Notes: generated by a model not told the origin, from the letters alone. A DNA stretch of 64,000 bases from Vicugna vicugna (GCA_013265495.1 MU058241.1:683249-747248); one strand, 5' to 3'; positions 28,430 through 41,919 are shown, numbered from the stretch's first letter. Numbers and translations: made by a program.

Positions 28430-29060
28430 GTTTAAGAATACATTCTTAACAAAGATACATTTTGTTTCAAAGCCCAGGCCAACCACTTGGCAGCTGTGTG
28501 ACCCTAGGCAAATCCATCACTTGCTGATTCAGTTTCTTACCTATAAAATGGAATGATACCCATTCATAGGGGCACTGGGCAAAATAATGGTGGGTGTGTG
28601 TATAATGGATATACACACACACACACATATATGCGAGTATTTGCTTCTATTGTTTCCATCTTTATTGAGATACAATTGACATGTAACACTGTGTAAGGCA
28701 CACAACAGTGGTGATTTGATACATACAGCTATTGCAAAAAGACCACCACAGTAGGGTGAGTTCACATTTCCAGGCACAATGTTTACTTGTAAGGTTTGTG
28801 TAGACACGCTTTAGCAGATGAGTAAAATTCCCCGCTGCTCTTACTTGCAAAGTTTTCATCATGAACCCATACTGATTTTTATCTAATATTCTTTCTGCAA
28901 GAAATGAGCTGATCTGCGACTTCTCCTTTATTCTGTTAACATGATGAACTAAAGAGGAAATGATGTATCACCCCTGAAGTTCCTTGCGAGGATCCAGTGC
29001 GATTACACATACCGAGTGCTCGGGCACAGTGCCTGGCACTAAGCATACACCTTATAAATT
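28430..29060. mobile_element. MIR remnants interrupted by an L1MA-type 3' end fragment (~28650-28820, minus strand)
   Basis: gctgtgtgaccctaggcaaatc...tcagtttcttacctataaaatggaatgata and gcacagtgcctggcac (MIR); ctttattgagatacaattgacatgtaacactgtgtaag (L1 3' end). Confidence 0.6.
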
Positions 29061-30929
29061 AAGGGTTCTTACGGAGCTTCTTGTAGGCGGAGCCGTAAGG
29101 GGTGGTCGGGGTCAGAGAGAAGACAGGACTCAGGCCGGAGGGAGAGGGACCCGGAGCTGGGGGCCTCACACTGCTCTGGGACCGACTCCGTGTTTTTCTC
29201 CTGTGCAGATAACAAAGTGCAATGCTTTAAAACGGTTTTCATTATCTACTTTGCAATAGACATGCTATTAAACCTTTAAGTATCTTACAAAATTTGGCAG
29301 GTGAGGAGAGCTTTAACCTTTCTTGTGCTATGTCTGCAAGCAGGAATATGGTCAGAATTCCCATCCAAGAAAAATGTGAGTGCATGACAGCTAAGGAATC
29401 ACGTTTGTCATGAAGCATGTGTGTGTGTGTGTGTATACACGTACACACACATTGCTGTCAATGATCGTGGTGTGCAGCAGGTGGCTGTGTTGTGGAAATG
29501 CGGCAGGACAGTAACTTATTTTGCTGTTAGTCTGCAAATGTTAGTTGATTTCTGCTTGATCACATGGTCACTTATGTAGGTACTGCAACAAGTCTGCTCT
29601 ACCGAGAGTCTCCTATTTTTCCAGAGAGCCCTCTTCCTTATATTATAGCCATTCCATTTCCCTTCTGATTGTAAGTTGGAAAGTCAAATGCATGTATATA
29701 AAACAGCAGAGCTCGCTCTGCCAGTGCACTTAGTAGACCGTGGAAAGTCTGTGGCGTCCCTGGCGGAACGAGGTGGAGAACGTGTATCCCAAACTTAATC
29801 CCCATTTTTCCTCCTTCCAGCAGTCTCTGAGGCAGTCACCATGTGACCCACAGAATCCCAAACCAGAGCTTCCCCAGACATTTACAAATTACGTGCATGT
29901 TCATAATGATCGCAGACGTAGGAACGGAGACGCCTTTTAAATTGACACACAGTTGTACTGCTGCGTGAATTCTGTCCAGAACGTGAATTTGAGTGCTCTT
30001 TCTGCTGTAGAAAGGGCTGCTTTGGCTCAATTTCCTGGACTTTTCGATTCAGTAAAATCATACGTTGTATGACTCAAGAGAGTTGTCTCAAAGGGGGTTA
30101 AACTCCTTGACACAAGTAACTGCATATTCTTGCATTCAAATCGATTTCAATGAGTTGAAAAACTAAAAGGATGGAATGTTTGTGACCGACCAGGATAGAA
30201 TAGAATCTTGTTCACAAACCAGTGCAGAATTCTTAGAGAAACTGGCTTTTGGACGTCACATTTCCTAAAAGGCATGGAGCACAGGGTGTGTGGTTTTAGG
30301 ACCTGGAAGTTAGGAACTTAAAAGCACAAATCTATCCATTTCCCAAAGACGGAGCTTAACTTTTTGGTAGCATTTATTGTGATGTGGCATATAATTTTGT
30401 AGGGAAATGAATCAAATATTATTCAATTTTAAATATGAAACATTAGCCCTTCTCAACTTACTCCTTATGTTATTTGAGTTACAGAAGTGAATGTTCTGGC
30501 AGAAAGTAGGTTATTTTCAACAGTGAATTTTGGAGAGCAAACATTATTCTAAAAGGAATAGTTCACTTAGTTAATTCTATTAATTCATAATTTTTTCTGT
30601 GCTCCAATAACATATACAAGTGTGGGCACTTTTACATATACAAGTGTGGGCACTTTTTTGGTTGGCTTTTTTAAACTAAATGTTGTTAAACTGGGCTTCT
30701 GGGGACACCATTATAGATGCTTGAAGAAATTTTTTAATCTAAGCTTATTTAGTGTTTTACTTTTTCAGATTACTTTTTATTCTCTTTTCAGATTACTTTT
30801 TATTCTCTTATGTAATACAATATCTTGTTTCCGAACTTTCTTTTTCTCTTGTATCTTAGACTATAACAAAGTCGATTTCTCCATTACCTGGTAATTAGTG
30901 AAATAACAGTGCATGTGAATGAGTGTTCC

Positions 30930-31500
30930 TTGACTCATCCGTCCATCCATCCACTCAGTACGTATTTACTGAGTATCACCTTCCAGAACCCCGCTCGTCT
31001 GTGTTTGTACAAAGGTGAACCCGAGGAGACACCCTCTTTGTGTTCATGGGGTGGTAACCAGGGGGGGTTGGCAGAGATTAATCAAATACTCACGCAGCAA
31101 ACACAGCACTGGGAAGAAGAGGGGTGTCCACCTGAGATGGAGGTTCAGAGGTCGCGGAGCCATCACCCTGAGACCCGGAAGGCCACGCTGGGGGGGACTC
31201 TTTGCTCTGAGAGTGAAGGGAACTGGATCACTGTACGTGGGACAGACGGCTTTGAGAGGAGCATCCTGGCTGCGTGTGCAGGACCGACGTGAAAGGCACC
31301 GTTGCGTCTGTGGTCCGCTGTGCTGGGAGCACGTTGCGGGAGGCCAGGAGGGAGCAGGTACGGCCAGTAACGGGTGGTGATGGGGCAGAGGAAGGGAGGT
31401 GACTGGATCTGAGGGAGACTCAGCGGATGAAATCTGCTGGGTGTGAAGGGGGCAGGAAGGAGACATGGGGAGTGGGGTCTGCAGCTGGGCTGGCGGTGCC
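30930..31500 (-). mobile_element. L2 LINE fragment
   Basis: tcatccgtccatccatccactcagtacgtatttactgagtatcacct 3' end motif followed by a degenerate body. Confidence 0.5.
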
Positions 31501-32169
31501 TGACAGCTGTAAGGGATACCAGGCAGTTTGGGTGGATACATGTTCTGGGTGGGAGGTGCATGGAGCCAGCGGAGAAGAGTCGGGGTTCACATCATTCACC
31601 ATGCACTACCAGGCATGCTGGCCACTCCCAAGTGCCCGGAGGTGCTGCTTACTTACAGTGGGAGGTGAAGGCCATGGCCCTGCCTCCCCTGGGACAATGC
31701 CATGCACAGCCTACCAGCTGCAAGCAGCTGCCCTTGCGTGGAGCTCGGGCCAGGGCTAGAAGGGGGAGAAGTCTGCGTTGGTAGAAGTGACAGGCATGCA
31801 TTATGGAGGGTCACCTAGAGAGTCTAGACGGTGAATGGAAGGGGAGCAGGACCTGGCGTGTTGCAACCCCAGCTCTGGTGGCAGGACAGGGGGGTGACCC
31901 AGCACTGTACACACAGGGGGCACCCAGAGGAACTGCAGAGGATGGGGAGACAGGCCAGACACCCAGGGGACCACGGGCTCCAAGAAGAGGGAGGGGAGGG
32001 TCATGCCAGATGCGGCTGGGGCTTCCTGTGAAGGGCTGGGGACTGTCCTTGCGGGTGGGCGGCCCTGCAGTGATCACGTTTGAAGCCACTGGAACCACTT
32101 CAATCTCATTTCTTTGCACCAAACGGTGAGGACTGGCTTAGAGGTAACAGATGAAAATTATGCTACCGG

Positions 32170-33237
32170 TTTTATTTAATTCTTATTTTTCAATTGAAGT
32201 AGAGTTGATTTAAATGTGTTAGTTTCAGGTGTACAGCAAAGTGATTCAGTTATACATACGCGTGTGTGCGTGTGTGTGTGTATGTATTTTCAGATTCTTT
32301 TCCATTACAGGTTATTACAAGATAGTAAATACAGTTCCCTGTGCTGGACAGCAGGTCCTTGTTGCTTATCTGTTCTGTTCTGTGTATAGTGGTGTGTATC
32401 TGGCTCTCCCAAACTCCTACTTTATCCCTCCCACACCCTCTCTCCTTTGGTAACCAAAAGCTGGTTTTCTATATCTGTGAATCTATTTCTCTTTTGTAAA
32501 TAAGTTCATTTGTATCATTTTCTTAAAATTCCAGGGGTAAGTGATACCATATGGTATTTGTCTTTCTCTTTCTGACTTCGCTGCGTATAGTAACCTGTGC
32601 TGCTGCGAATGGCATTATTTCATTCTTCCTTATGGCCGAGTCATAGTGTGTGCGTCCAAATAAACGGACTTCTTCATCCATTTCTCTGTCCGGGGGCATT
32701 GAGGCTGCTTCCAGGTCTTGGCTAGTGTACAGAGTGCTGCTGTGAACAGTGGGGTGCAGGCATCTCTTCAGGTTACTTTCCCCCAGGTATACGCCCAGGA
32801 GTGGCACCGCTGGGTCATACGGTAAGTCTGTTTAGTTTTTGGAGGAACCTCCATACGGCTCGGCACAGTGGCTGCACCAACCTGCGCTCCCACCAGAGGG
32901 CTCCCTTTCCTCCACACCCTCTCCAGCACTTAATATTTGTGGGACTTTTTGATAATGGCCCTTCTGACCGCTGTGAGGTGGTACCTCACGGGAGTTTGGA
33001 TTTGCGTTTCCCTAATGATTAGTGATGTTGAGCGTCTTCTCGTGGGCGTACTGGCCACCTGCACGTCTTCTTTGGAGAAATGTCAGTTTAGATCTAAACC
33101 CATTGTTCAATTGGGTGGTTTGGGTTTTGATACTGAATTATTTGAGCTGTTCGCAAATATTTTCTCCCGGTCTGTAGGCTGTCTTTTGGTTTTGTTTGTG
33201 GTTTCCTTTGCTGTGCAAAAGGTTTTTGGTTTAGTTG
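32170..33237 (-). mobile_element. 5'-truncated L1 (ORF2 C-terminus and 3' UTR), decayed and GC-enriched
   Basis: Minus-strand translation has remnants MPLLGVYL...HYDSAIRKNEIMPFAAA...EVRKRKTNTIWYHL; T-rich tail near 32170-32195. Confidence 0.9.
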
Positions 33238-33277
33238 GATGAGTATTATGCTACTGATGTTAAAGTGAAAGGGGCTA

Positions 33278-33640
33278 CAGTGGATCCTGCCCCTCACGGA
33301 TTCTCTATTTGAAGATCTGTCTTCTCACTAAGGTTTGTTTGTAACCCCAGACCAACCGTGGGGGAGCTCCTGTGGTCCTCAGTGGGGATGCCCGTGCAGG
33401 GTGGTGACAACGCGGAGTCACCGCACATCCACAGTCCCGCTGGAAGTTGGAGGCGCTGCTTTCTTCTTTCAGCTCTCATGCCACAAGCGTGTCCTTTGCA
33501 TGGTCTGTTTAGTGCCATGGGCTTTTGGTCTGTTCCGTTTCCTTTTCTTGCTTTTTGCTGGAGATCTTTTCTGGTTAGACTGGCCCTGAGAACAGTCCAG
33601 AAGGGCTGCACTGTGCTGTCCAGTGAACGGACGTGGCTAC
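33278..33640 (+). mobile_element. MER82-like TcMar-Tigger fragment
   Basis: TA-cagtggatcct...ggattctctatttg...tttgtaacccca...tttcagctctcatgc...gtgtcctttgcatggtctgtttagtgcca matches the remembered MER82 pattern. Confidence 0.6.
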
Positions 33641-34299
33641 ATCCTGTCTGTTCAGGGATGAGTTAGGGGGCTGTGGGCTCTGAGTACACTGTAAAGGAAG
33701 CAATAACGTGGTGCACCCAGAAAAAGGGAGAGAAAAGTCGCTGATTTATACACAAGGCTGCCTGTTAGGTCCTGGTGATGAAGCTCTGGAAAGGTGGCAA
33801 AGTGGCTAAAGGTGTGGTTTTTGAGATGACGACAGATAAGAAACTCCAGGGCAGGCATTATTAGTGCGAGGCTGAACACTAAAGAAACTGACAGCCCTGC
33901 TCCCCAAAATGTTTTCAGCTAGAGGTTTTTAAGCAAAGAAATATTACAATTATGAATTTATAAGAAACATGTATAAGCTTAAAAAACAAAAACCCAGAAA
34001 CATAGCTAAACAAGGTTACGTATTGGTTGGCTGACAAAAGTTGGGGACCAGAAGCTCCCAGGAATCTAAGCCAGCATGTCCCCAAGAAGCAGCAATCCAG
34101 AATTTGCTAATTCGGGGTCCATGGGGATTTTATAAACCATAACCTCTGTGAATAATGCTCATTGCAGAGACCTCCGTGCGAAGCGCAGGCCAGTGTTTGC
34201 TGAAGCTTGGAAGACAGTGGCCTGTGTGCGCATCTGAAAGCAGTCTGTGCAGGACCCCTGACAAGGCAGCTTGTTCACCTGCAGCGTGTTCTCAGCTGC

Positions 34300-34760
34300 T
34301 GGTGTTACTGTCATTCGGGTTTGGTGAAGGCAGCAGAGCAAGAGACAACGGTCAGTCATTGGAAAGACAGTTTGCTCCTGACAGTTCCCAAGAGGAAGAT
34401 CCATCCCAGCACACGGGCCACGCGGGGAAGCCCAGGGCTGGTCAGGAGGCAGGGGAGCTGTGGTCCGGAGCTTTGCTGTGCTTCCTGTGGGGAGGAGCAG
34501 GCAGGCAAGGGGTTGTCTGTGTGCCTGGCACCCGGCCCTGGGTGGCGGGAGCAGGGGGACAGTGGTCTGGAGAGTGAGGGCCCCCAGGGCAGGTGCTGGG
34601 GTGTGGTCTCTGGACCAGCTGGTTTGTGCAGGAAAAATATGGAGGTAAGCGGTTTACTCTAGGGACTGGCTACCCTTAGAGGGCAGCCTGCCAGGGCCAG
34701 CGTGGCCTGGGATGTCAGAACATCACAGACAGACGAGAACACAAAGGCACGATTCAATCA
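34300..34760 (-). mobile_element. Solo LTR, MER74-like (ERVL)
   Basis: cattggaaagacagtttgctcctgacagttcccaagagga...gggaagcccagggctggtcaggaggcag...gggatgtcagaacatca. Confidence 0.65.
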
Positions 34761-35187
34761 AAGGCAAGCTGAAACGATGGGGAGCAACGGGAGGGCAGAA
34801 GCCAAGGGTGTAGTTTTAGGAACCTTGAGTTTGAAAAGCCCCTACGTGTTTTAAGTTGGGGGCACCTGCCCTTCCAGGCAGTAGCCCAGGTGGACGCAGA
34901 AATGGGGAGCTGTTGGCAGGAGGAGAAGACGAGGGCGTGACCCTGGGCTGGGCGGCCCTGGGAGCCGAGCGGCGGATGGGGCCACAGGGCCATGGCTCCT
35001 CTGGGGAAAACCGCATCACGCCGTAAAGTAGGTGGGGGCCTGTCAGGATGCCCCGAGCCATGGGCATCAGCTGTACCATCATAGAGTCGCAGGAAAGCAC
35101 ACTGGACTCCACCCCCGACCGCTCTCCACTCAGGAGAGTCAGGCCCGCCCTCACCCGGCTCAGCGCCCGCCCCTCCCTGGGGCTAGA

Positions 35188-35368
35188 ACTGTGCTGCCCC
35201 AGACGGTGGCCACTAGCCACTCTTAAATTGATTTAAATGAATTAAGTTTAAGAATAGGATTTTTCAGGTGCACTAGCGCTACATCCGTGGCTTTCTAGGC
35301 CCACGTGGCTGGGGGCGCCATGTACAGAAGATCCGGTCATCACAGGCAGTTTGTTGGACGGCCCCGCC
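35188..35368. mobile_element. MER3-like hAT-Charlie relic
   Basis: ctgtgctgccccagacggtggccactagccac...gcactagcgctacat...gcccacgtggct...atcacaggcagtttgttggacggc. Confidence 0.55.
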
Positions 35369-36589
35369 CAGGGTGCTCTGCGCTGACCACCCCCACGGCC
35401 ACCCTCCTTTCAGTCTGTCCTCAAAGGTCAGCTCCTCCGCGAGCCAGGCCGGCCACTTCATTTAAAGCTGTCACCCTCCGTCAGGACGCGTCCTGCTCTC
35501 GCCTTCTGTGTTTATCCAATCCCCCGCCTATCGTACTCATGCACTTTCTTTATCATTTGTCCCACCCCCCTGAGTGTTTCAGATCGACCGGAACAGCTGC
35601 TTCTGGGAGGTTATTTCGCTGCGATGCCTAGAACAGCACCCTTGTTGAAAGAAGGGGTCTGAATGCACTCATTGACTGACTTACACTTAATGTATCACGT
35701 GTAATTCTTTTCCAAAGAAAACAAAAACCCCTTGATGTCTGCTCTGTACAAAGTGAAAACCTCAAATCAGGGGGTTCCTCTTTTAACCACCCCTGCTGCC
35801 CACTTGGTATCTGTTTATTTTCTCAGAATGAAAGTTCTTTTTTCTTGTTCCAAAGTGCTCAGAGCAAGTTCCCACCAGACCTACCCCATTTAATCAAAGC
35901 GTTTTCCCCTCTGAAATCCTCCATCAAACGCTTGGCGTGAGCGTTCGGGACAAGATGCTAATCACCCAAGGGGCGCTGCCTTTCACGCCCCGGGGACACC
36001 CTGGGTGATTAATAGACCCAGGACGGCCCAGACCTCCTTTCCCACACTCGGTTGCCCAGAGGAGAGACGGACAGAAAACACGCTGCTCCAGCAGCAAGTG
36101 AACATGGTTAAGGGGTCTGTGTTCTCGCCTGGCTTGGAAAGCAGGTCTCATTTCAGGAGGGATCCCACACGCGGAAACGCAGGGAGGAACTTGTGTAAGG
36201 CGGGGGGGAGGGGGCTGTTGGCCCTGTGTCTTCAGTCTGAGTGGAGTCTTGCTCTCCGCAGGGCTCCAGACGGAGCACAGCGCAATCTTCGTGCTGAGGG
36301 CAATGCTTTTGTTCTTGCCTGGATTCAAGAGCCTCTCAACCAGCTTTATCAGAAACGTGTAGCATCCAGACATGTGAGGATTCTGTCTTGCAGTCCAGGA
36401 AGTCAGAGAATAGCCGCTCAGTGTCACCCTTCGGGGACTGTCTTACTGTGGACGCCGTGGCTAGGCTGTTCTCAACACCTCTCTGGAGTCACTGTGCTAT
36501 GACTTTACTCATTTTTTTAATCTGGTTCTCTTATTTCAGTGCAGTTTTCCTGTGACAGCACATTACTTTTTCCCTGACTTCATTCTTTG

Positions 36590-36845
36590 AAATTTTTTTT
36601 GAGGTAGTCAGCTTACAATGTTCTGTCAATTTCTGGTATACAGCAAGTTTCAGTCACCCACAGACATACATATATTCCTTTTCAGATTCTTTTTCATTGT
36701 AGGTTAGTTACTACGAGATACTGAATGTAGTTCTCTGTGCTCTACAGTAGGACCTTGTTTATCTGTTTTATATATAGTAGTTTGTATCTGCAAATCCCAA
36801 ACGCCCAATTTACCCCTTCTCATTCCCTTCCCTGCCAGCAACCAT
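36590..36845 (-). mobile_element. L1 3' UTR fragment
   Basis: ttttttttgaggtagtcagcttacaatgtt...atactgaatgtagttctctgtgctctacagtaggaccttg...tatctgcaaatcccaaac. Confidence 0.85.
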
Positions 36846-37031
36846 ACCCGACTTCATTTTTAATAAAGAACCAGTGATCAGATTTTGTGAGGCCCGTGTC
36901 CTCAGGTCCACGTGTGCATTTTTAGATCACGCACAGGGTGGTTCTTCCTTGTGTTCTCTTGTGTTCTCAGAACGTGGGGCTCCGTGGAAAGTCTTGCAGA
37001 CTGTTCTTTTTGCTTTGTCTTGACGATACAG

Positions 37032-37126
37032 ATCCCGGTGTCAGTCGGTATCACGTGCAGTGGTTTCCAGAAGTCTGCGCCCACAATGCATCCGCCGGGC
37101 TGGAGGCGTCCTCGGGCACGACCCAG
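37032..37126 (+). CDS. ANOS1: Anosmin-1 coding exon 10 (FNIII-3)
   Basis: (D)[31 protein letters not shown]. Acceptor atacag, donor gtgagg; 95 nt, phase 1 to 0. Confidence 0.95.
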
Positions 37127-38947
37127 GTGAGGGGTGGCCGTGATGCTTGAGTGTCACTGAGACTCACTGGATCTGGGTGTAAAACTGGACGGGAAGAGGT
37201 GCGAACTCCATGTCCAGTGGGTCCGTCGTTCTCACCATGTGGCTGTGGGACAGGTGACTAGGTGACACCAGGAGACAGAGGTCACACGGCCACTCACCCC
37301 TCTGCCCCTTCACAGTGCTGCAGGGGGACTGCCAGGGCTCAGGGCTCGTGCTTCCAGTCTCTGTGTGTTCCAGCTTAATTGCACAAGAGCTCTGAATTAC
37401 TTTCTGAATTCTGACCTGGTACTGGGCCTAACGTCTCATTTCCTCAGTGAATTTCTGTATGACAGTCACTGAGCATCTTGCTTTGCTACGTCCCTGACTC
37501 CCGCCCACTCATCCAGGTAGGGAAATTTATGGCCTGTCCTGTACACCACACACCGACTTTAAGGTCCATTAAAATCCTTCGGGCCAGTAACTGTCAGGAT
37601 GACTCAAGACATTATTCCAAGTATTTTGGGGTAATGCAGAAGTCATGGCGCAGAATCAACAAACCAACAGAAAATGTTTCAGAGGGCGTACCCTCTGTCC
37701 GTGACAGCAATGCCTGTGTAATAGATCACACAGTAGAAACCGTCTAAAGACATGGTCCCCAGGGTACGAAATATTGATGTGTGATATTTAACAAGGCAGT
37801 TTACCTTCTGTACTAAAGCACGCAGTACAGTGTTTTTAGAATCGTATCTGATCATCTAAGCAGGCAGCTAAAACAGATCCCCGGGTTTGCAGAATCACAG
37901 CCTAGTGCTGGGTTTGACCTGTCCCCACAGGTGGTCACCAGACTTAACTCCTGAAATCCTTAAGCTCTTCCCAGAGTTTGTGCCCTTTGGTTAGAAAAAA
38001 CGAAGGAAAGAAACCTTTTCCAGAAGGGAAACCCACTTGGAAAGCCGAGGAAGGAATAAGCAGCGGCGGCAGGGCTCAGTAACCATTCTGCAGGCAGACG
38101 GTGCGGCCGGGGAACCGTGAGGAATCCAGCTTATTGTCACTGGGCTGGCCAACCCTGGGCTTATCTTCAGGAGCTCGAAGATGACAGTAACCATTTACTG
38201 AGTGTACGTAACGTGTCAGGTAGAAATAAGAATCAGAATCCGCAAAGAGCACCCAGCTCAGGGCTCGGAACTTGCCTGTTTCCATTTTTAAACGGCGCTT
38301 AGACCCACTTAATTCACGTTCAGGCCGCGATGGCGCGTCCACGGCACGAGGGCCCCTGAAATACCTGCGAGGCGGGTCCTGAGAGGCTCCCTCTGGCTCC
38401 CAGTGTAGTCCCATACGAAGTGCAGAAGGAAAGAGGCTGGGGCTGCCTCCGGGTCACTTGGCACGAATGCTGCCAGGCCGTGTGTGCCCCCCCGCTCCCG
38501 CCTCGAGCGCTCAGGGAAGGACGTGGCTCCCCTTCTGTTTTCACTCTGCTCTCACGCTCTCCCCTCACCCACGGTGCTGTCTGGCAGGGACCCTTCTCCC
38601 CAAGGGTCCCAAACATGTTCTGCCTGCAGCTCTCGCACGTGTCCGCGGAGCCCTGGTAACTTACACCGCAGTGGAGACGCGGAACCCAGCAGGCCCCGAG
38701 GGAGAAACCTTGTTACGAGCTTGTTCCGAGTCTAAACGTCGCCTTTCCCTGTTAGTCTAGTGTTACATCCTGAGCCTCTTACTCCTCCGAGGTTGAGTCT
38801 GGCTTTCGTAATTCTGTTTAATCACTGCACTCCAAGAAGGGGAGGAAACACACACTGCTAAAGAGGATCTTCATTTTCTTAACTTCATTTTCTTAAGGAA
38901 AATCGTAGACCTGAGCCTGTGTCTCAGAGGAGTCTGAGTTAGCGTTC

Positions 38948-39035
38948 TTGTTTTTTTCTAATGGAGAACCGAGGATTGAACCCAGGACCCTGTGCATACT
39001 AAGCACACACTCTATCACTGAGCTAGACCCTCCCC
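38948..39035 (-). mobile_element. tRNA-derived SINE (camelid Vic-1-like)
   Basis: aatggagaaccgaggattgaacccaggaccctgtgcatactaagcacacactctatcactgagctagaccctcccc; gttagc at 38938 and 39041 may be the target-site duplication. Confidence 0.85.
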
Positions 39036-39370
39036 ACCACGTTAGCTTTTTTATATTAGAAAAAGCTAGGTTTGTATTTCCAGTTTTACACCACTGCCCC
39101 CGCTGCTGCCAAGTCCCGAACACTGGTGTGACGGCTGTTGGTTGGCTGCTCGGATGTGGCATCACCGCGGCCCTGTTCGTCTGGGGAGGCTGTGTCCCAC
39201 CCCGTGGGAGCGTGTCACAGCTGTAACTCATCCAGGCAGGGCCACTGCCTCCCCTGCACTTTCTACAGAAGCCACACTGCACAGTCCGTAGCAGGAAAAC
39301 CACCTTGTTGGAATACGATTTCCTCCCATGAGAGTTCGTGCTAGCGTATTCTCCCTCTCTCTTGCTCCAG

Positions 39371-39542
39371 GAAAATTACATGATTCTCCAAGATCTGTCA
39401 TTTTCCTGCAAATACAAGGTGACCGTCCAACCAGCGCGGCCGAAGGGCCGCTTGAAGGCAGAAACCGCTTTCTTTATGACTCCGCCGTGCTCCGCTCTCA
39501 AGGCGAAAAACCACAAGCACGTGAGCTGCCCCGGAGAAGCAG
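39371..39542 (+). CDS. ANOS1: Anosmin-1 coding exon 11 (FNIII-3)
   Basis: [57 protein letters not shown]. Acceptor ctccag, donor gtcagt; 172 nt, phase 0 to 1. Confidence 0.96.
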
Positions 39543-39647
39543 GTCAGTTTCCCCCCAGCCCCCAGGAGGGCGTCTGTGATGCTGGCCACTGAGATTGTTC
39601 CCAAACCTCCTTTCACAGGACCCTTAAAACTAAAGTACCACCCCCCG

Positions 39648-39930
39648 TTTTTAAACATTTTAAATTGAAGTATAGTTGGTTTACAGTGTTGGGTTAGTTC
39701 CAGGTGTACAGCATAGTGACTGAATTACACATGTATTTCTTTTCATATTCTTTCTTATTATAGGTTTTTACCTATTATATTAGATACTGAGTATAGTTCC
39801 CTGTGCTGTACAGTAGGACCTTGTTGTTTATCTATTTTAATATATAGTAGGTAGCATCTGTGAACCCCAAACTCCTAATTTATCCCTCGCCCCCTTCCCC
39901 TCTGGTAAGCAAAGGTTTGTTTTTTATGTA
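39648..39930 (-). mobile_element. L1 3' UTR fragment
   Basis: ttttaaattgaagtatagttggtttacagtgttg...tagttccctgtgctgtacagtaggaccttgttg...ccccttcccctctggtaa. Confidence 0.85.
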
Positions 39931-40542
39931 CTTACTTACAGAACAAAGGCACCCCCCCCTTTCTAAACTGCAAGGTGGCAGGTAGTGTCGTGTGAAGGCA
40001 TGATTCCAGCAGCACTGGAAAGACGTCCTTCCCTGGCACTACTATCTAGAAATGAAGCCAAATGTGTCTACTGCTTGTGCACATTTCATGTAAATTATGT
40101 CATTTTTATCCCACCCCTTACCAGGGGAGTTATCTTCAGACGTTCCAACAGCACCCCACGCCCTACCCTGTCTGGATCTTCCAAAACCCCTTTCCTACAC
40201 TGGGACAACTCTCTCAAATGCAGTCCCCTGAATCCTAGAAACCTGTGGCAGCTTTCATATTGACCCTTCTCACTGCAGTCACCCCTGTGCTGTAAGAAAG
40301 GGCCCAGTCCTGCCAGATCGCAAAATTCCTTCCATCTCCAAAGCAGAACTCCGGCCTGGAAGGACTTAGCACAAAGGTGCCGGTCGAGGCTCCTGCCCCA
40401 CCCTGGGCTCACGACGGAAGACGCATGGCCTCCACCCCCCCCCCCGAGAGTGGCTGCCAGAAATCCCCAGGAGGCCAGTGACACGGCCGTGTCCCACCGC
40501 TGTCCGGTCCTAACCCTGGTTTCCCTCTTCCTGCTGGTGTAG

Positions 40543-40763
40543 GTCACGTACATTCCAGGGGTCCCGCCAAGCCTGAGAACCTGTCTGCCTCCTTCATGGT
40601 CCATGACGTGAACATCACGGGGCACTTCTCCTGGACAATGGCCAAGGCCCACCTCCTGCAGCCCAGGACCGGCTTCCAGGTGACGTGGGCCGAGGTCACG
40701 ACTGAGAGCAGACAGAACAGCCTGCCCAACAGCATCATCTCGCAGTCCCAGATCCTGCCCTCG
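40543..40763 (+). CDS. ANOS1: Anosmin-1 coding exon 12 (FNIII-4)
   Basis: (G)[73 protein letters not shown]. Acceptor gtgtag, donor gtgggt; 221 nt, phase 1 to 0. Confidence 0.96.
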
Positions 40764-41774
40764 GTGGGTGCCCTGGCCCTCAGGGGTCCCGCCCCTGGGA
40801 CCATCCTCGGGGTTCCTCGGGTCAGAGGCGGCCGCTTCCGTCCCGGGAGCGAGGGCCACGTGACTGAGTGTCAGGTGTACCCTGTCTTCCGACTGTGGTT
40901 TTGGAAGTATTAGCAAGTGTTACAAACCATCGTCTCAGCCAGTTCTCATGATCACAGCCAGCTCGTCAACAGACTCATCCTGTCTGTGTGGTCTGCAAGG
41001 GACTTAACCGTTCTCTTCCGTCTTTGGTAACCCCGTGTCCCGCAGGTCCACGTGGACGTGTCCTGTTCGAAGCGTTAAATGGGGGAAAACAGCTCAAAGC
41101 AGCTTGTTCTTTCTCTCCCTTTCCCCTGCAAACTGGGCCAAAGCCCATAATGAGCTGGCCTGTCTTCCAGGCCACTTAATTCCTTGGCTTGGGGGGAAAG
41201 AAAACGAACACGTGTGGGCCTTTACCCTCTCTAAAAATGCCCTAAGAATGTGCAACTCCTGCTCCAAAAAGGAAAAAGTTCCATGGAAGTAGAAAGTTGT
41301 TATTCTATGTATGGGTATTAGGTTTTATTCAATTTTGAGAAAAATGTGTTGGCCTAAAAAGAAACATTTTCAGCTAGGAGCATTGACAGATACTGTATTT
41401 TAAGGAACGCAGTTGGCTTGTTCACTGAGATTTGGATGATCAACAATTCACATCACAAGATGTGCAGAGGAAAACTTGAAACCCTGGGAAAGTCTTACGC
41501 TGAGGAATAAAAAATGCAGTCTGCAGGGTGAGCCCTGAGAACCGGCCTCTTGGCACGTTTTAACTCTGCCCAGGGCCTTTGCTGCCGGGCGCTGACACAG
41601 CCGGGCAGGATCCCGGCCCACGGGACACACATTCCCCCAATTATGCAGCGGCGGAAAAAGCAACCCGTCCTGCGCTGACGGGACAGAGGGAGAGGGTCAC
41701 GGAACAAGAGGCCCTTGTGTGTGTGGTTTTCCAAAGGTCTCTGATGAGGGTCTCCCCTTCTGCCCCGCCCCCAG

Positions 41775-41919
41775 GATCATTACGTCCTGACAGTCCCCAA
41801 CCTGAGGCCGGCCACCCTCTACCGCCTGGAGGTGCAGGTGCTGACCGCGGGCGGGGAGGGCCCCACCACCATCAAGACCTTCCGCACCCCGGACCTCCCG
41901 CCTCCGGCGGCTGCGCACC
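41775..41919 (+). CDS. ANOS1: Anosmin-1 coding exon 13 (FNIII-4)
   Basis: [48 protein letters not shown]. Acceptor ccccag, donor gtgagt; 145 nt, phase 0 to 1. Confidence 0.96.

Noticed and set aside
40095..40916. 273-aa minus-strand ORF
   Set aside because: It is the antisense shadow of GC-rich exon 12 and its flanks, with no domain similarity that I can recognise.
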